64,000 bases of DNA from Escherichia phage p000v, in the sequence record NC_055781.1. One strand, given 5' to 3'. Made by a program: the position numbers and the translations under genes. Of the stretch, positions 1 through 9,259 are shown in pieces. The notes below the pieces were generated by a model. That model did not search any database. It saw nothing but the letters and a program-made list of their open reading frames with translations, and was not told the DNA's origin. The first letter of the stretch is position 1. Every line of letters begins with the position of its first letter.

Positions 1-489
1 GTCTATTGCTTCTATTACTTGGATTTGGTTCTCTTCAGTCAAATCATTCCATGGGTACCATTCATCATTATAATATATTTCTTTTATGTTTTCACTTATC
101 ATTAATGCTTTATTGTCATAAAACTTTTCAGGGAAAGAAAAACGTATTTTTATACCAGCAACATCAAGTTCAGGTTCGACTAGTTCTTTTTGATATATCT
201 CAAATGGTGCAGTTTTTTCTTTAGAGCATTTAGGGCAAGTGAAAATAACGGGAACTTTTGTTTTGCCTATAGATCCTGCAAAAACTTGCAGGAATATAAA
301 TGGTTGCCATGTTTTAGGGTACTCGCCAAAATAATCATCAATCAGATCGGCAATTATTTCTTTTTGTTCTTGCGGCGAACGATGTTCGATATCATTTCTA
401 ACTAGTAAAAAGTCTCTATAATCCGCCACAGTGAACGGCTTAAAACGATGAACACCATCCGGTAATTTACAACGAATTATATTAGCCAT
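1..489 (-). CDS. Baseplate hub protein, paralogue of gp26, at the position of T4 gene 51 (N-terminal 163 codons; gene continues beyond window start)
   Basis: ATG at 487-489 on minus strand, open in frame to position 1 with no stop (so absent from ORF track). Translation [28 protein letters not shown]...TCPKCSKE...[28 protein letters not shown] aligns by eye with gp26 (537-1163). Gene-51 assignment is by position only. Confidence 0.55.
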   Translation of the reverse strand, partial: MANIIRCKLPDGVHRFKPFTVADYRDFLLVRNDIEHRSPQEQKEIIADLIDDYFGEYPKTWQPFIFLQVFAGSIGKTKVPVIFTCPKCSKEKTAPFEIYQKELVEPELDVAGIKIRFSFPEKFYDNKALMISENIKEIYYNDEWYPWNDLTEENQIQVIEAID

Positions 490-506
490 AATTACTCCTT
501 TTCTAT

Positions 507-518
507 TATTTATAAATA
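507..518. promoter_or_regulatory. Overlapping divergent late promoters (TATAAATA on both strands within TATTTATAAATA)
   Basis: Plus-strand TATAAATA at 511-518, about 19 nt upstream of gp26 ATG (537); minus-strand TATAAATA at 507-514 upstream of the divergent ORF ATG (489). T4 late promoter consensus. Confidence 0.6.
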
Positions 519-536
519 CACAATAAAGGAGTTAAC

Positions 537-1163
537 ATGTACAAATATACGTTTACCGTACGTTTAGGCGATAAAGAAGTGAATTGTAGGGCCTTTACTT
601 TAAAAGAATATTTAGGGCTCATAGGTGCTCGGGCTACTGGTACTATTGAATCAGCAGTGAACAATATTATCACTAATTGCTCTAATGCTAAAAACTTGAC
701 TAAACAAGAAGCCGAGTTATTGTTGGTAAATCTGTGGGCACATTCATTAGGTGAAGTGAATCAAGAACACACCTGGAATTGTTCCTGTGGGCATTCATTT
801 CAAGTCTATATGAATTTATTGCACACTCAATTAGATGAACAGGCCGATCCCTGGTATTCGTTCAGCGGTATTAAAATTAAGTTCCGTCAACCTAAATTAT
901 TTGATGATAAAAATATCGCATTAATGATTGCTTCATGTATTGAGGCTGTTTTTGTCAATGGAGAGTCCATCCCTGTTGAAGATTTAACTGAAGCAGAAAT
1001 AAACGACCTTTATGGCCTTATAACGGAAGATGACATGATCAATATTAAAAATCTTTTAGTATCACCATCAATTTATCTAGCAACCCCTATTAAATGTCCC
1101 AAATGTGGGGCGTCACACGTTCACACAATACGAGGCCTCAAAGAATTCTTTGAGTTACTATAA
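537..1163 (+). CDS. 26: Baseplate hub subunit gp26
   Basis: 208 aa, same length as T4 gp26; directly upstream of gene 25 with TAATG overlap; SD AAAGGAG; late promoter upstream. Confidence 0.8.
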   Translation: MYKYTFTVRLGDKEVNCRAFTLKEYLGLIGARATGTIESAVNNIITNCSNAKNLTKQEAELLLVNLWAHSLGEVNQEHTWNCSCGHSFQVYMNLLHTQLDEQADPWYSFSGIKIKFRQPKLFDDKNIALMIASCIEAVFVNGESIPVEDLTEAEINDLYGLITEDDMINIKNLLVSPSIYLATPIKCPKCGASHVHTIRGLKEFFELL

Positions 1164-1561
1164 TGTCTAATATCAATAAACTTTATTCAGATATCGACCC
1201 AGAAATGCGTATGGATTGGAATAAGGACGTTGCTCGTTCTGTAGGACTTCGTTCTATTAAAAATAGTCTTCTTGGCATAGTGACAACTAGAAAAGGCTCA
1301 CGCCCCTTCGACCCTGAATTTGGATGCGATTTGGTTGATGAACTTTTCGAGAACATGACACCACTTACAGCCGATACTATTGAGCGTAATATCCAGGCAG
1401 CTGTTCGTAACTATGAGCCACGCATCGACAAACTTTCTGTAAGTGTAACGCCAGTATATGATGACTATACAGTTATAGTAGAGATTAGATTTTCAGTCGT
1501 AGACAACCCTGATGATATCGAACAAATCAAACTTCAGTTAGCATCAAGCAATAGAGTGTAA
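1163..1561 (+). CDS. 25: Baseplate wedge / sheath initiator gp25
   Basis: 132 aa, T4 gp25 length; conserved gp25 (GPW/lysozyme-like fold) sequence character; position between 26 and uvsY. Confidence 0.88.
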   Translation: MSNINKLYSDIDPEMRMDWNKDVARSVGLRSIKNSLLGIVTTRKGSRPFDPEFGCDLVDELFENMTPLTADTIERNIQAAVRNYEPRIDKLSVSVTPVYDDYTVIVEIRFSVVDNPDDIEQIKLQLASSNRV

Positions 1562-1641
1562 TGCTTCAAGGCAACCTATGTATAATGGTTTTAGGTCCTT
1601 CCGATACAGCCGGGAGATTATTAGTTAAAAGAGAGAACATT

Positions 1642-2055
1642 ATGAAGCTGGAAGATTTACAGGAAGAGTTAGACGCAGACTTAGCTATTGATATGACAAA
1701 GTTGCAATATGAGACGGCGAATAATGTTAAGTTATACAGCAAATGGCTACGTAAGCACTCATTTATTCGTAAAGAAATGTTGCGTATAGAGACTCAGAAG
1801 AAAACTGCTCTAAAAGCAAGATTAGACTACTACTCGGGACGAGGTGATGGTGATGAATTCAGTATGGACCGATACGAAAAATCTGAAATGAAAACTGTCC
1901 TGGCCGCAGATAAAGATGTGCTTAAAATAGAGACTACTTTACAATACTGGGGAATTTTACTTGAGTTCTGTAGTGGTGCACTTGACGCAGTTAAGTCTCG
2001 TAGTTTTGCACTTAAACATATCCAGGATATGCGAGAATTTGAAGCGGGGCAATAA
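1642..2055 (+). CDS. uvsY: Recombination mediator protein UvsY
   Basis: Start taken at M28 of the 1561-2055 ORF (MKLEDLQEELDADLAIDMTKLQ...), giving 137 aa as in T4 UvsY. Confidence 0.85.
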   Translation: MKLEDLQEELDADLAIDMTKLQYETANNVKLYSKWLRKHSFIRKEMLRIETQKKTALKARLDYYSGRGDGDEFSMDRYEKSEMKTVLAADKDVLKIETTLQYWGILLEFCSGALDAVKSRSFALKHIQDMREFEAGQ

Positions 2056-2279
2056 TGCGTTATTCAATTGAAGATGCCTTTAATAATGATGAAGAATTTG
2101 AAACAGAAATTAAATTCTTAATGGAAAAGTATCGTCTACGACGTCAGGATATTCGTATCCTGGCAGACCACCCTTGTGGTGAAGACGTCCTTTATATTAA
2201 AGGGAAGTTTGCTGGGTATATCGACGAGTATTTTTATACAAAAGATATGGGTATCGATATGTGCATGCGAGTGGTATAA
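2055..2279 (+). CDS. Conserved hypothetical protein (T4 uvsY.-1 position)
   Basis: 74 aa ORF, ATG overlapping uvsY stop (ATAATG); same strand and order as T4. Confidence 0.6.
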   Translation: MRYSIEDAFNNDEEFETEIKFLMEKYRLRRQDIRILADHPCGEDVLYIKGKFAGYIDEYFYTKDMGIDMCMRVV

Positions 2280-2311
2280 ATAGATATGTAATTTCAACTT
2301 AGGAGGCAATC

Positions 2312-2479
2312 ATGTCAGATAAGATTTGTGTTGTCTGTAAAACTCCAATCGATTCTGCATTGGTTGTTGAAACAGACAAAGGTCCAGCACATCCTGGTCC
2401 TTGTTATAATTATGTCCAACAATTGCCGGTTTCAGAAAGTTCAGAAGAGCAATTGAACGAAACCCAACTTTTACTATAG
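2312..2479 (+). CDS. Small Cys-containing protein (T4 uvsY.-2 position), 55 aa
   Basis: Not in ORF track (<60 aa). Perfect SD AGGAGG 6 nt before ATG 2312; MSDKICVVCKTP...HPGPCYNY (CxxC plus a third Cys, zinc-ribbon-like); stop TAG 2477-2479; followed by a terminator hairpin. Confidence 0.5.
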   Translation: MSDKICVVCKTPIDSALVVETDKGPAHPGPCYNYVQQLPVSESSEEQLNETQLLL

Positions 2480-2505
2480 TGTTACCTTTTTTGCCTATGG
2501 TTTTT

Positions 2506-2534
2506 GGCCCTTCCAAAAAGGTCGGGCCTTTTTT
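2506..2534 (+). terminator. Rho-independent terminator after the uvsY operon
   Basis: GGCCC-loop-GGGCC hairpin followed by TTTTTT. Confidence 0.5.
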
Positions 2535-2536
2535 AA

Positions 2537-2770
2537 TTAGAAGTCTTCTTCCTCATCCTCATCATCGTCGCCTTCAAGTTCGGCACGCTTACCTGCTAAG
2601 GCATCCCTGACAGAAATATCATCTGTATCTTTTAATTCCGTTTCTTTTATACGTTTCTTATAATAAGCTTCCAATTCTTCAAGCCCTTCTAAGGTATGAC
2701 AACTAGCAATTTTACCCATGAATTCGTCAATAGATGCTTCGTATAAAAATTGTTTAAATTCAAGTACCAT
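2537..2770 (-). CDS. uvsW.1: UvsW.1 (small acidic protein downstream of UvsW)
   Basis: 77 aa, acidic C-terminus, immediately 3' of uvsW on the same strand as in T4. Confidence 0.75.
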   Translation of the reverse strand: MVLEFKQFLYEASIDEFMGKIASCHTLEGLEELEAYYKKRIKETELKDTDDISVRDALAGKRAELEGDDDEDEEEDF

Positions 2771-2795
2771 TTTTATCTCCTAAGGGCCGAAGCCC

Positions 2796-4310
2796 TTATA
2801 AATTAATTGTTTTCATTACATAGTTAAATTTCTCATCAGCGTAACGCTGGATACGATCAATACCGTGTTTTAACAAGTAATTAAGATGAGTATACTTCTT
2901 TTTAGTATTTAATGATTTAGGTTTTACACCTGCGTCATCGATGAGATCCCAAACTGTAGCAACGGCTTTAGAACCATGCTTACGAAGCACACGACCTACT
3001 GTTTGAAGTACGATAATTTTTGATTTAACACCATGGGCAAAAATAACATGATGAAGATTCTTGACTGAAATACCGGTAGAGAATACTCCATATGATGCGA
3101 CAATAATAATGCCTTTACCATTTTCTGCCATGACTTTAAGCGCGTTACGTGTTTCAGTATCAACTTCACCTGATACGTAATAAACTTTTTCGTATCCAAG
3201 CTCTTTAATAGCTTCAAATATTTCTTTACCATGTGTAACATGTTTAAACATTACAAAGGCGTTCTCGTCTTTCTTAGCCAATTTGACCGAAAGTTGAGCA
3301 ATCCACTTTGTACGACGTTTTAGTCCGGTAATAATTTTAACTTCTTCTTGGTATGTTTTACCTTTTAATTTAACGGTGAATTCGTCCGGATAACGAAGGA
3401 AAATACTATTAATCTTAAGCTCAGTTACTTGACCGTCTTCCATTAATTTAGACGTGCTAACAGGACGGAAGATTTCGCCGAACATACCTACGTACTGCAT
3501 TACATTGGCTTTTCCGTCTCTTAATGAGCCGGATAAACCGAATTTAAACATACAATTATTTAATCCTGAGATGATTGAAGAAATACTTTTGCCTGTTGCT
3601 AAGTGGCATTCATCGTTCATCATCATACCGAACTGAGAGAACCATTCTTTAGGCTGCTTAACTACCGTTTGCCATGTGCCAACAATAATTGGAGCGTCGT
3701 TTTTAGATTTGTCCGCTTTATCGGCACCACCGCCAATTTTCTTAATCATCGAATGACTAAACAAGCGATAATCAACAAAATCATTAGCCATCTGGGTTGT
3801 CAATGCTGTTGTAGGGACGATAATGAGAATTTTACCTTCATAGTTCTCTAGATAATATCGAGCTAAAAGTGCTTGGATGAGTGATTTACCTGCTGATGTC
3901 GGAAGGTTTAAAATTCGACGACGATTAACTAGACCTTCATATACTGCATCTTTTTGATACCAATGTGGTTCGATTTTGGCGTTGCCTGAATAAATTTCTT
4001 GTTTAGAAAGCCATGCGTCAAAATCTTCCCTGGTAAGGTCTTCAGTCTCAAAGATTTTAGGGTCAATCCATACAGAATAACTCATATTGTTACAGAACTT
4101 TTTTATTTGTCCTACAAGTCCATATGGTAACAAACGATTGTAATCTAAAAGTCGAATTCTACCATCCCATTGCCCATAGCGATATTTTGGGTTAAATTTA
4201 TACCCGTCGGCTTCAAAGCTAAAAAAGTCACGAAGTTCGTAAAACGTACTTTCGTCGCATTCAATGCGCACGTGACTAAAATCATAAAAATGTACTTTAA
4301 TGTCAGTCAT
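2796..4310 (-). CDS. uvsW: UvsW SF2 helicase (RNA-DNA / DNA-DNA helicase)
   Basis: 504 aa; Walker A LPTSAGKS, DECH box (MMNDECHLA), helicase C-terminal motifs; T4 UvsW length about 503 aa. Confidence 0.9.
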   Translation of the reverse strand: MTDIKVHFYDFSHVRIECDESTFYELRDFFSFEADGYKFNPKYRYGQWDGRIRLLDYNRLLPYGLVGQIKKFCNNMSYSVWIDPKIFETEDLTREDFDAWLSKQEIYSGNAKIEPHWYQKDAVYEGLVNRRRILNLPTSAGKSLIQALLARYYLENYEGKILIIVPTTALTTQMANDFVDYRLFSHSMIKKIGGGADKADKSKNDAPIIVGTWQTVVKQPKEWFSQFGMMMNDECHLATGKSISSIISGLNNCMFKFGLSGSLRDGKANVMQYVGMFGEIFRPVSTSKLMEDGQVTELKINSIFLRYPDEFTVKLKGKTYQEEVKIITGLKRRTKWIAQLSVKLAKKDENAFVMFKHVTHGKEIFEAIKELGYEKVYYVSGEVDTETRNALKVMAENGKGIIIVASYGVFSTGISVKNLHHVIFAHGVKSKIIVLQTVGRVLRKHGSKAVATVWDLIDDAGVKPKSLNTKKKYTHLNYLLKHGIDRIQRYADEKFNYVMKTINL

Positions 4311-4339
4311 GTCAAATTACCATGTAATAAATATAGTTA

Positions 4340-4347
4340 TATTTATA
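4340..4347 (-). promoter_or_regulatory. Late promoter (TATAAATA) for uvsW
   Basis: Minus-strand TATAAATA about 30 nt upstream of uvsW ATG (4310). Confidence 0.6.
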
Positions 4348-4360
4348 ATGAGGAAATACC

Positions 4361-5029
4361 ATGATCGATAAAGACTATATTGAAGAGTTACGTGCTCTTT
4401 CTGATAAAAAGGAAGCCAAAGCTAAACTGTTTGAATATGCGGAACAATTTGGCATTAGTGTTAAGAAAACAAAATCATTCGATAATATTGTTATTGATAT
4501 CGAAGAAGCTCTTAACGCACTGGCTGATGAACCGTTACCTGAAACTGATGGATTATCTATCACCGATTTAATTACTGCCGCAGATGATGTGGACGGTGTT
4601 AATTTCACCAACGAAGAAGTTAAAGAAGAAGCTATTCTGTTGTTTGATTCTCCAACAGACCAAGTTGAAGTATTAGAAGTTGTCGAACAAGAAAAAGAAT
4701 TCGACCATGATAAATTCGAAGAAGCAATTACTCAGGTTGTTGAATCTGAAAAAGAGCCTGAGTCAGAGGTAAATAAAGAAGTAAAATTTGTTCTGCCTGA
4801 AAATTTTAGTCCTACACTCATTAAATTAGGCAAAGGCCCAGGGTATGTTACTGTTCCTTGGTGGATTTATCAATGGATAGCCGAAACCCCAGATTGGAAA
4901 TCTCGCCCAACTAGTTTTGTGCACGCTTCTGCCCACCAAACATTATTTAGCTTAATTTATTATATTAATCGCGATGGATCAGTTCTAATTCGTGAAACTC
5001 GTAATTCTTCTTTTGTAACATTAAAATAA
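4361..5029 (+). CDS. inh: Inh-like protein (inhibitor of prohead protease), acidic
   Basis: 222 aa; acidic central region; located between uvsW and hoc as T4 inh. Assignment by position and composition. Confidence 0.6.
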   Translation: MIDKDYIEELRALSDKKEAKAKLFEYAEQFGISVKKTKSFDNIVIDIEEALNALADEPLPETDGLSITDLITAADDVDGVNFTNEEVKEEAILLFDSPTDQVEVLEVVEQEKEFDHDKFEEAITQVVESEKEPESEVNKEVKFVLPENFSPTLIKLGKGPGYVTVPWWIYQWIAETPDWKSRPTSFVHASAHQTLFSLIYYINRDGSVLIRETRNSSFVTLK

Positions 5030-5038
5030 GGATAACTT

Positions 5039-6169
5039 ATGGCTTTTACAGTTGATATAACTCCTAAAACACCTACTGGAGTTATAGATGAGACTAAGCA
5101 GTTTACTGCTACTCCCAGTGGTGAAACTGGAGGTGGAACTATTACCTATGCATGGAGTGTAGACGATGCTCCTCAAGTAGGATCGGCAGAAACTTTTGAT
5201 TACGTGTTAAAAGGACCCGCTGGAACAAAAACAATTAAAGTTGTTGCAACAAATACTATTCCTGATACTGATGCCGAAACGGCAGAAATTACTACGACTA
5301 TCACGGTTAAAAATAAAACTCAGTCAACTACTTTGGCAGTAACTCCCGATAGTCCTTCAGCTGGAGTAATTGGAACCCCAGTTCAATTTACTGCTGCCTT
5401 AGCTTCTCAACCGGCTGGAGCGTCTGCTACGTATCAGTGGTATGTAGATGATTCACAGGTTGGTGGAGAAACTAACTCTACATTTAGCTATACTCCAACT
5501 ACAAGTGGAGTAAAAAGAATTAAATGTGTAGCTCAAGTAACTGCGACAGATTATGATGCAAAGGAAGTTACTTCGAATGAAGTATCATTAACGGTTAATA
5601 AGAAGACAATGAATCCACAGGTTACATTGACTCCTCCTTCTATTAACGTTCAACAAGATGCTTCGGCTACATTTACTGCTAATGTGACTGATGCTCCGGA
5701 AGAAGCGCAAATTGCGTATTCATGGAAGAAAGATTCTTCTCCTGTAGAAGGGTCAACTAATGTATATACCGTTGATACTTCATCTGTTGGAAGTCAAACT
5801 ATTGAAGTGACTGCCATCGTTACTGCAGATGACTATGATAGCAAAACTATTACAGCAGAAGGTCAAGTTCAAGTGACTGATAAAGTTGCTCCGGAACCAG
5901 AAGGTGAATTACCTTATGTTCATCCTCTTCCACATCGTACTTCAGCTTACATCTGGTGCGGTTGGTGGGTTATGGATGAAATCCAAAAAATGACTGAAGA
6001 AGGTAAAGATTGGAAAACTGAAGATCCAGATAGTAAATACTACCTGCATCGTTACACTCTTCAGAAGATGATGAAAGACTATCCGGAAGTTGATGTTCAA
6101 GAATCACGTAATGGATACATCATCCATAAAACTGCTTTGGAAACTGGTATCATCTATACATATCCATAA
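5039..6169 (+). CDS. hoc: Hoc, highly immunogenic outer capsid protein (Ig-like repeats)
   Basis: 376 aa (T4 Hoc length); three or four repeated Thr/Val-rich Ig-like segments and a conserved C-terminal capsid-binding region (WCGWWVMDEIQKM...). Confidence 0.85.
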   Translation: MAFTVDITPKTPTGVIDETKQFTATPSGETGGGTITYAWSVDDAPQVGSAETFDYVLKGPAGTKTIKVVATNTIPDTDAETAEITTTITVKNKTQSTTLAVTPDSPSAGVIGTPVQFTAALASQPAGASATYQWYVDDSQVGGETNSTFSYTPTTSGVKRIKCVAQVTATDYDAKEVTSNEVSLTVNKKTMNPQVTLTPPSINVQQDASATFTANVTDAPEEAQIAYSWKKDSSPVEGSTNVYTVDTSSVGSQTIEVTAIVTADDYDSKTITAEGQVQVTDKVAPEPEGELPYVHPLPHRTSAYIWCGWWVMDEIQKMTEEGKDWKTEDPDSKYYLHRYTLQKMMKDYPEVDVQESRNGYIIHKTALETGIIYTYP

Positions 6170-6173
6170 TCGT

Positions 6174-6200
6174 AAGGGGCTTCGGCCCCTTTCTTCGTTT
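6174..6200 (+). terminator. Rho-independent terminator after hoc
   Basis: AGGGGC-TTCG-GCCCCT hairpin followed by a T-rich run. Confidence 0.6.
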
Positions 6201-6270
6201 TTAAAGCATACAAAACACAACTTGAGATTGATGTATATAATGGCACAAACCAAATAATACGGGATTGATT

Positions 6271-6465
6271 ATGAGAGCTGAAGTTGAAGTTTATACATTA
6301 CATGAGGCGGGATTTTCATTCGTAGAAATTGCTCAAAAAATTGGTTTACAACCTAAAGAAGTTGGATTACTATGGACTAAAGCCGAGACAGCTCGGTCAA
6401 AGTTTAAAGCAAAAGAAAAAGTTGTATACCGTAAACGTTTGATTAACAAAAAGGTGAAGAAATGA
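6271..6465 (+). CDS. Small basic protein with putative helix-turn-helix
   Basis: ATG at M3 of the 6265 ORF (track start is TTG); 64 aa; FSFVEIAQKIGLQPKEVGLLWTKA resembles an HTH; Lys-rich C-terminus. Confidence 0.45.
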   Translation: MRAEVEVYTLHEAGFSFVEIAQKIGLQPKEVGLLWTKAETARSKFKAKEKVVYRKRLINKKVKK

Positions 6466-6713
6466 GTTTTGCACAGGAATTAAGAGAAAGGGCTCTGGCC
6501 ACTAAAGCCAATTTGTTGAGTGATTTTATTACTAACTTCTCTGTGATGGCAGAGAAAGCCGCTGACAAAGGCCAGACACAATTCACGTACTATCCATCAA
6601 AGAATGATTTAACTATCACCGAGCAAGTCGGTCAATGGCTTCGTGATAACGGCTTTCAGTACAAAATTAATCACGACCAACGTGATGGTCATTGGATAGA
6701 AATCAAGTTCTAA
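6462..6713 (+). CDS. Hypothetical protein
   Basis: 83 aa ORF, ATGA start/stop overlap with upstream ORF. Confidence 0.5.
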   Translation: MSFAQELRERALATKANLLSDFITNFSVMAEKAADKGQTQFTYYPSKNDLTITEQVGQWLRDNGFQYKINHDQRDGHWIEIKF

Positions 6714-6742
6714 TATGCTTTACATTTTTTGATGGTATAATG
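6714..6742 (+). promoter_or_regulatory. Candidate MotA-dependent middle promoter for rnlB
   Basis: ATGCTTTA (MotA box) followed about 13 nt later by TATAAT with an upstream TG; about 90 nt upstream of rnlB ATG. Confidence 0.4.
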
Positions 6743-6832
6743 AATCTAGGTTCTATCCATTCAAATTAAACATCTGGTCAGAGACAGAGTCTCTGCTAAT
6801 TATTTTGATATTATTATTTATAATGGTGATTT

Positions 6833-7840
6833 ATGTTTAAGAAATACAGCAGTCTTGAAAACCACTACAACTCTAAGTTTATTGAAAAACTCTACACTAA
6901 TGGTTTGACTACTGGTGTTTGGGTAGCACGTGAGAAAATCCATGGGACTAACTTCTCGTTAATAATTGAACGTGACAACGTCACATGCGCCAAGCGCACA
7001 GGCCCTATTCTTCCAGCAGAAGATTTTTATGGTTATGAAATCGTACTCAAGAAGTATGATAAGGCTATTAAAGGTGTTCAAGAAGTCATGGGCAGTATTT
7101 CAACTTCAGTGCCAGTGACATATCAAATCTTTGGTGAATTCGCTGGTGGTGGAATTCAGAAAGGTGTTGACTACGGTGAAAAAGATTTCTATGTATTCGA
7201 TATCATCATAAACACGGAAAGCGGTGATACTTATTACATGAGTGATTACGAAATGCAAGATTTCTGTAATGAATTCGGTTTTAAAATGGCACCAATGCTT
7301 GGTCGTGGAACATTTGATTCTCTTATCATGATTCCAAATGACCTTGATTCCGTCTTAGCCGCTTATAACGCTACGGCATCGGAAGACCTTGTCGAAGCAA
7401 ATAATTGTGTATTTGATGCTAATGTTATTGGTGATAATACGGCAGAAGGATATGTTCTGAAGCCTTGTTTCCCTAAATGGCTGCCAAACGGTACTCGTGT
7501 AGCTATTAAGTGCAAGAACTCTAAATTCAGTGAAAAGAAAAAGTCTGATAAGCCTATTAAAACTCAGGTTCCATTAACTGAAATTGACAAAAACTTGCTT
7601 GATGTTCTAGCTTGTTATGTTACATTAAATCGTGTTAACAATGTGATTTCTAAGATTGGGACTGTAACGCCAAAAGATTTTGGCAAAGTGATGGGATTGA
7701 CTGTTCAAGATATTCTGGAAGAAACTTCTCGTGAAGGTATTGTATTAACATCATCTGATAATCCAAATCTTGTTAAGAAAGAATTAGTCCGAATGGTGCA
7801 AGATGTTCTGCGTCCTGCATGGATTGAATTAGTATCATAA
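6833..7840 (+). CDS. rnlB: RNA ligase 2 (Rnl2)
   Basis: 335 aa (T4 Rnl2 334 aa); nucleotidyltransferase motif I KIHGTN with the active-site Lys; ligase motifs downstream. Confidence 0.9.
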   Translation: MFKKYSSLENHYNSKFIEKLYTNGLTTGVWVAREKIHGTNFSLIIERDNVTCAKRTGPILPAEDFYGYEIVLKKYDKAIKGVQEVMGSISTSVPVTYQIFGEFAGGGIQKGVDYGEKDFYVFDIIINTESGDTYYMSDYEMQDFCNEFGFKMAPMLGRGTFDSLIMIPNDLDSVLAAYNATASEDLVEANNCVFDANVIGDNTAEGYVLKPCFPKWLPNGTRVAIKCKNSKFSEKKKSDKPIKTQVPLTEIDKNLLDVLACYVTLNRVNNVISKIGTVTPKDFGKVMGLTVQDILEETSREGIVLTSSDNPNLVKKELVRMVQDVLRPAWIELVS

Positions 7841-7850
7841 CAAAAAAAAA

Positions 7851-7875
7851 AGGGACCTTACGGTCCCTTTTTAGT
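7851..7875. terminator. Bidirectional rho-independent terminator (rnlB on plus, gene 24 on minus)
   Basis: GGGACC-TTAC-GGTCCC hairpin flanked by an A-run upstream and a T-run downstream. Confidence 0.7.
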
Positions 7876-9159
7876 TTATTCATCTATAATAATTTTAGGC
7901 AATTTAACACCGAGTAAAACAGACAAGTCTGAACGTCCTGCCATTTTATCCATGTCCCCGCCATCAATTACTCTCGCTTCTTTTTCATCTTTTGCTACTG
8001 TGTAAGGATTTGCTGATAAAGCATATCTAACCAATAAACCTATAGACGGTTGTAAGCTTTCCGGATCAACTACAACTTTAAATGCACCGACATGTTCCGG
8101 GTCGTCTAAATCCATTCCTTCAGTGTATGGAGCATAAAAGATGGACCCTACAATCTCTTTTTCGCCGATATTTTCTACAACACCCACAATAACATAATCT
8201 AACGGACTGTTGGTATCGCAGTAAAGAGGTAATCCATTTGCCAAGAATCCATAAGCATTTTGTGAAAGATACTTGTCATCTTCTGGCTTATGTTTTAACC
8301 AACCAGAAGCAGCAAGAATAGCAGCTGCACGAGCTGAAGCTACGCAAAACGTTGCAGTATAAGTTGACTCTTTTTGGATATGCGAAACCATTTCACACAC
8401 CATTCGATATAACGAACGACCTGCTTCCGGAGCGGATGCATAGCTCAAGTCAATAAATCCGGTGTCAGTAATTCCAGTAACTTTATAACGTTTCGATACA
8501 GTAATTAAAGACTGAAGAATATCTTTATTAATTTCATCAGCCATTTCAGTAGCAAGCAAATCTTCTAAGAAGTTAGGGGCATCAAATCCATTCGCTTCCA
8601 AATCTTGCGCTAATTCAACCGTGAGGCCGGTTTTAAGTTTACGAGATTTGACTGAAGTTTGCCATTTATTAATCTGGAATCTTGCATCAGAAATTTCGCT
8701 ACCAGAGCTTTCAAATTTGCTTGTTACCGCTGCATCTGAAAATAACCGTACCTTTAAATGAACGACCGCAATCTGAAGAGCTAATTCTAGATCACTTTCC
8801 TGAATATCTGCAAACGGTGTATCTTCTAACACTTTATAGACTATATTATTATATTTGAAAAAATCACCTTTATTTAGTGTGGCTTTTGATTCTTCTGTGA
8901 GCTCGGTAATTTTTTCTCGGTCTACATATCCAGCTTCACCTGCATAAGTAGCACCAGTTTTAAATGTTAATTCGTTGTCTGGGTTAAGATATTTAATACC
9001 ATAAAAAGCAGCAACAGGTTGATTAGTTCTTTGTGTTGCCACAATGTCAGAATATATTAATTTAGTCGTAGCGCGAGTCAAAGCAACGAGATTTGGGCGA
9101 CCGATTGAGTTGCTAGTAGACGTTGTAGATTCACGCAATAATTTTTGGATTTTACTCAT
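7876..9159 (-). CDS. 24: Capsid vertex protein gp24
   Basis: 427 aa (T4 gp24 length); gp23-like fold; position upstream of gene 23. Confidence 0.93.
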   Translation of the reverse strand: MSKIQKLLRESTTSTSNSIGRPNLVALTRATTKLIYSDIVATQRTNQPVAAFYGIKYLNPDNELTFKTGATYAGEAGYVDREKITELTEESKATLNKGDFFKYNNIVYKVLEDTPFADIQESDLELALQIAVVHLKVRLFSDAAVTSKFESSGSEISDARFQINKWQTSVKSRKLKTGLTVELAQDLEANGFDAPNFLEDLLATEMADEINKDILQSLITVSKRYKVTGITDTGFIDLSYASAPEAGRSLYRMVCEMVSHIQKESTYTATFCVASARAAAILAASGWLKHKPEDDKYLSQNAYGFLANGLPLYCDTNSPLDYVIVGVVENIGEKEIVGSIFYAPYTEGMDLDDPEHVGAFKVVVDPESLQPSIGLLVRYALSANPYTVAKDEKEARVIDGGDMDKMAGRSDLSVLLGVKLPKIIIDE

Positions 9160-9185
9160 TGCATTTTTCCTTATGTGATATAGAT

Positions 9186-9193
9186 TATTTATA
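9186..9193 (-). promoter_or_regulatory. Late promoter (TATAAATA) for gene 24
   Basis: Minus-strand TATAAATA about 27 nt upstream of gp24 ATG. Confidence 0.65.
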
Positions 9194-9199
9194 AAGATT

Positions 9200-9259
9200 G
9201 TTTACAACGTATTTGGTATGTGATACTATAGACTTATCAACTACAGAGGAGTAAACAAA
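9200..9259 (+). promoter_or_regulatory. Early promoter plus leader cassette (PeSL-like)
   Basis: GTTTAC -35 (9200-9205), TGATACTAT extended -10, CTATCAA leader, SD GAGGAG; the last 45 nt are identical to the leader at about 46950-46995. Confidence 0.6.

Noticed and set aside
6-405. Plus-strand ORFs 6-224 and 190-405
   Set aside because: They lie antisense within the minus-strand gp26-paralogue ORF, have low-complexity composition and no SD.
2310-2516. 68-aa minus-strand ORF between uvsY.-1 and uvsW.1
   Set aside because: No SD, overlaps a plus-strand ORF that has a perfect AGGAGG and sits at the T4 uvsY.-2 position, and also overlaps the terminator hairpin; most likely a frame artefact.
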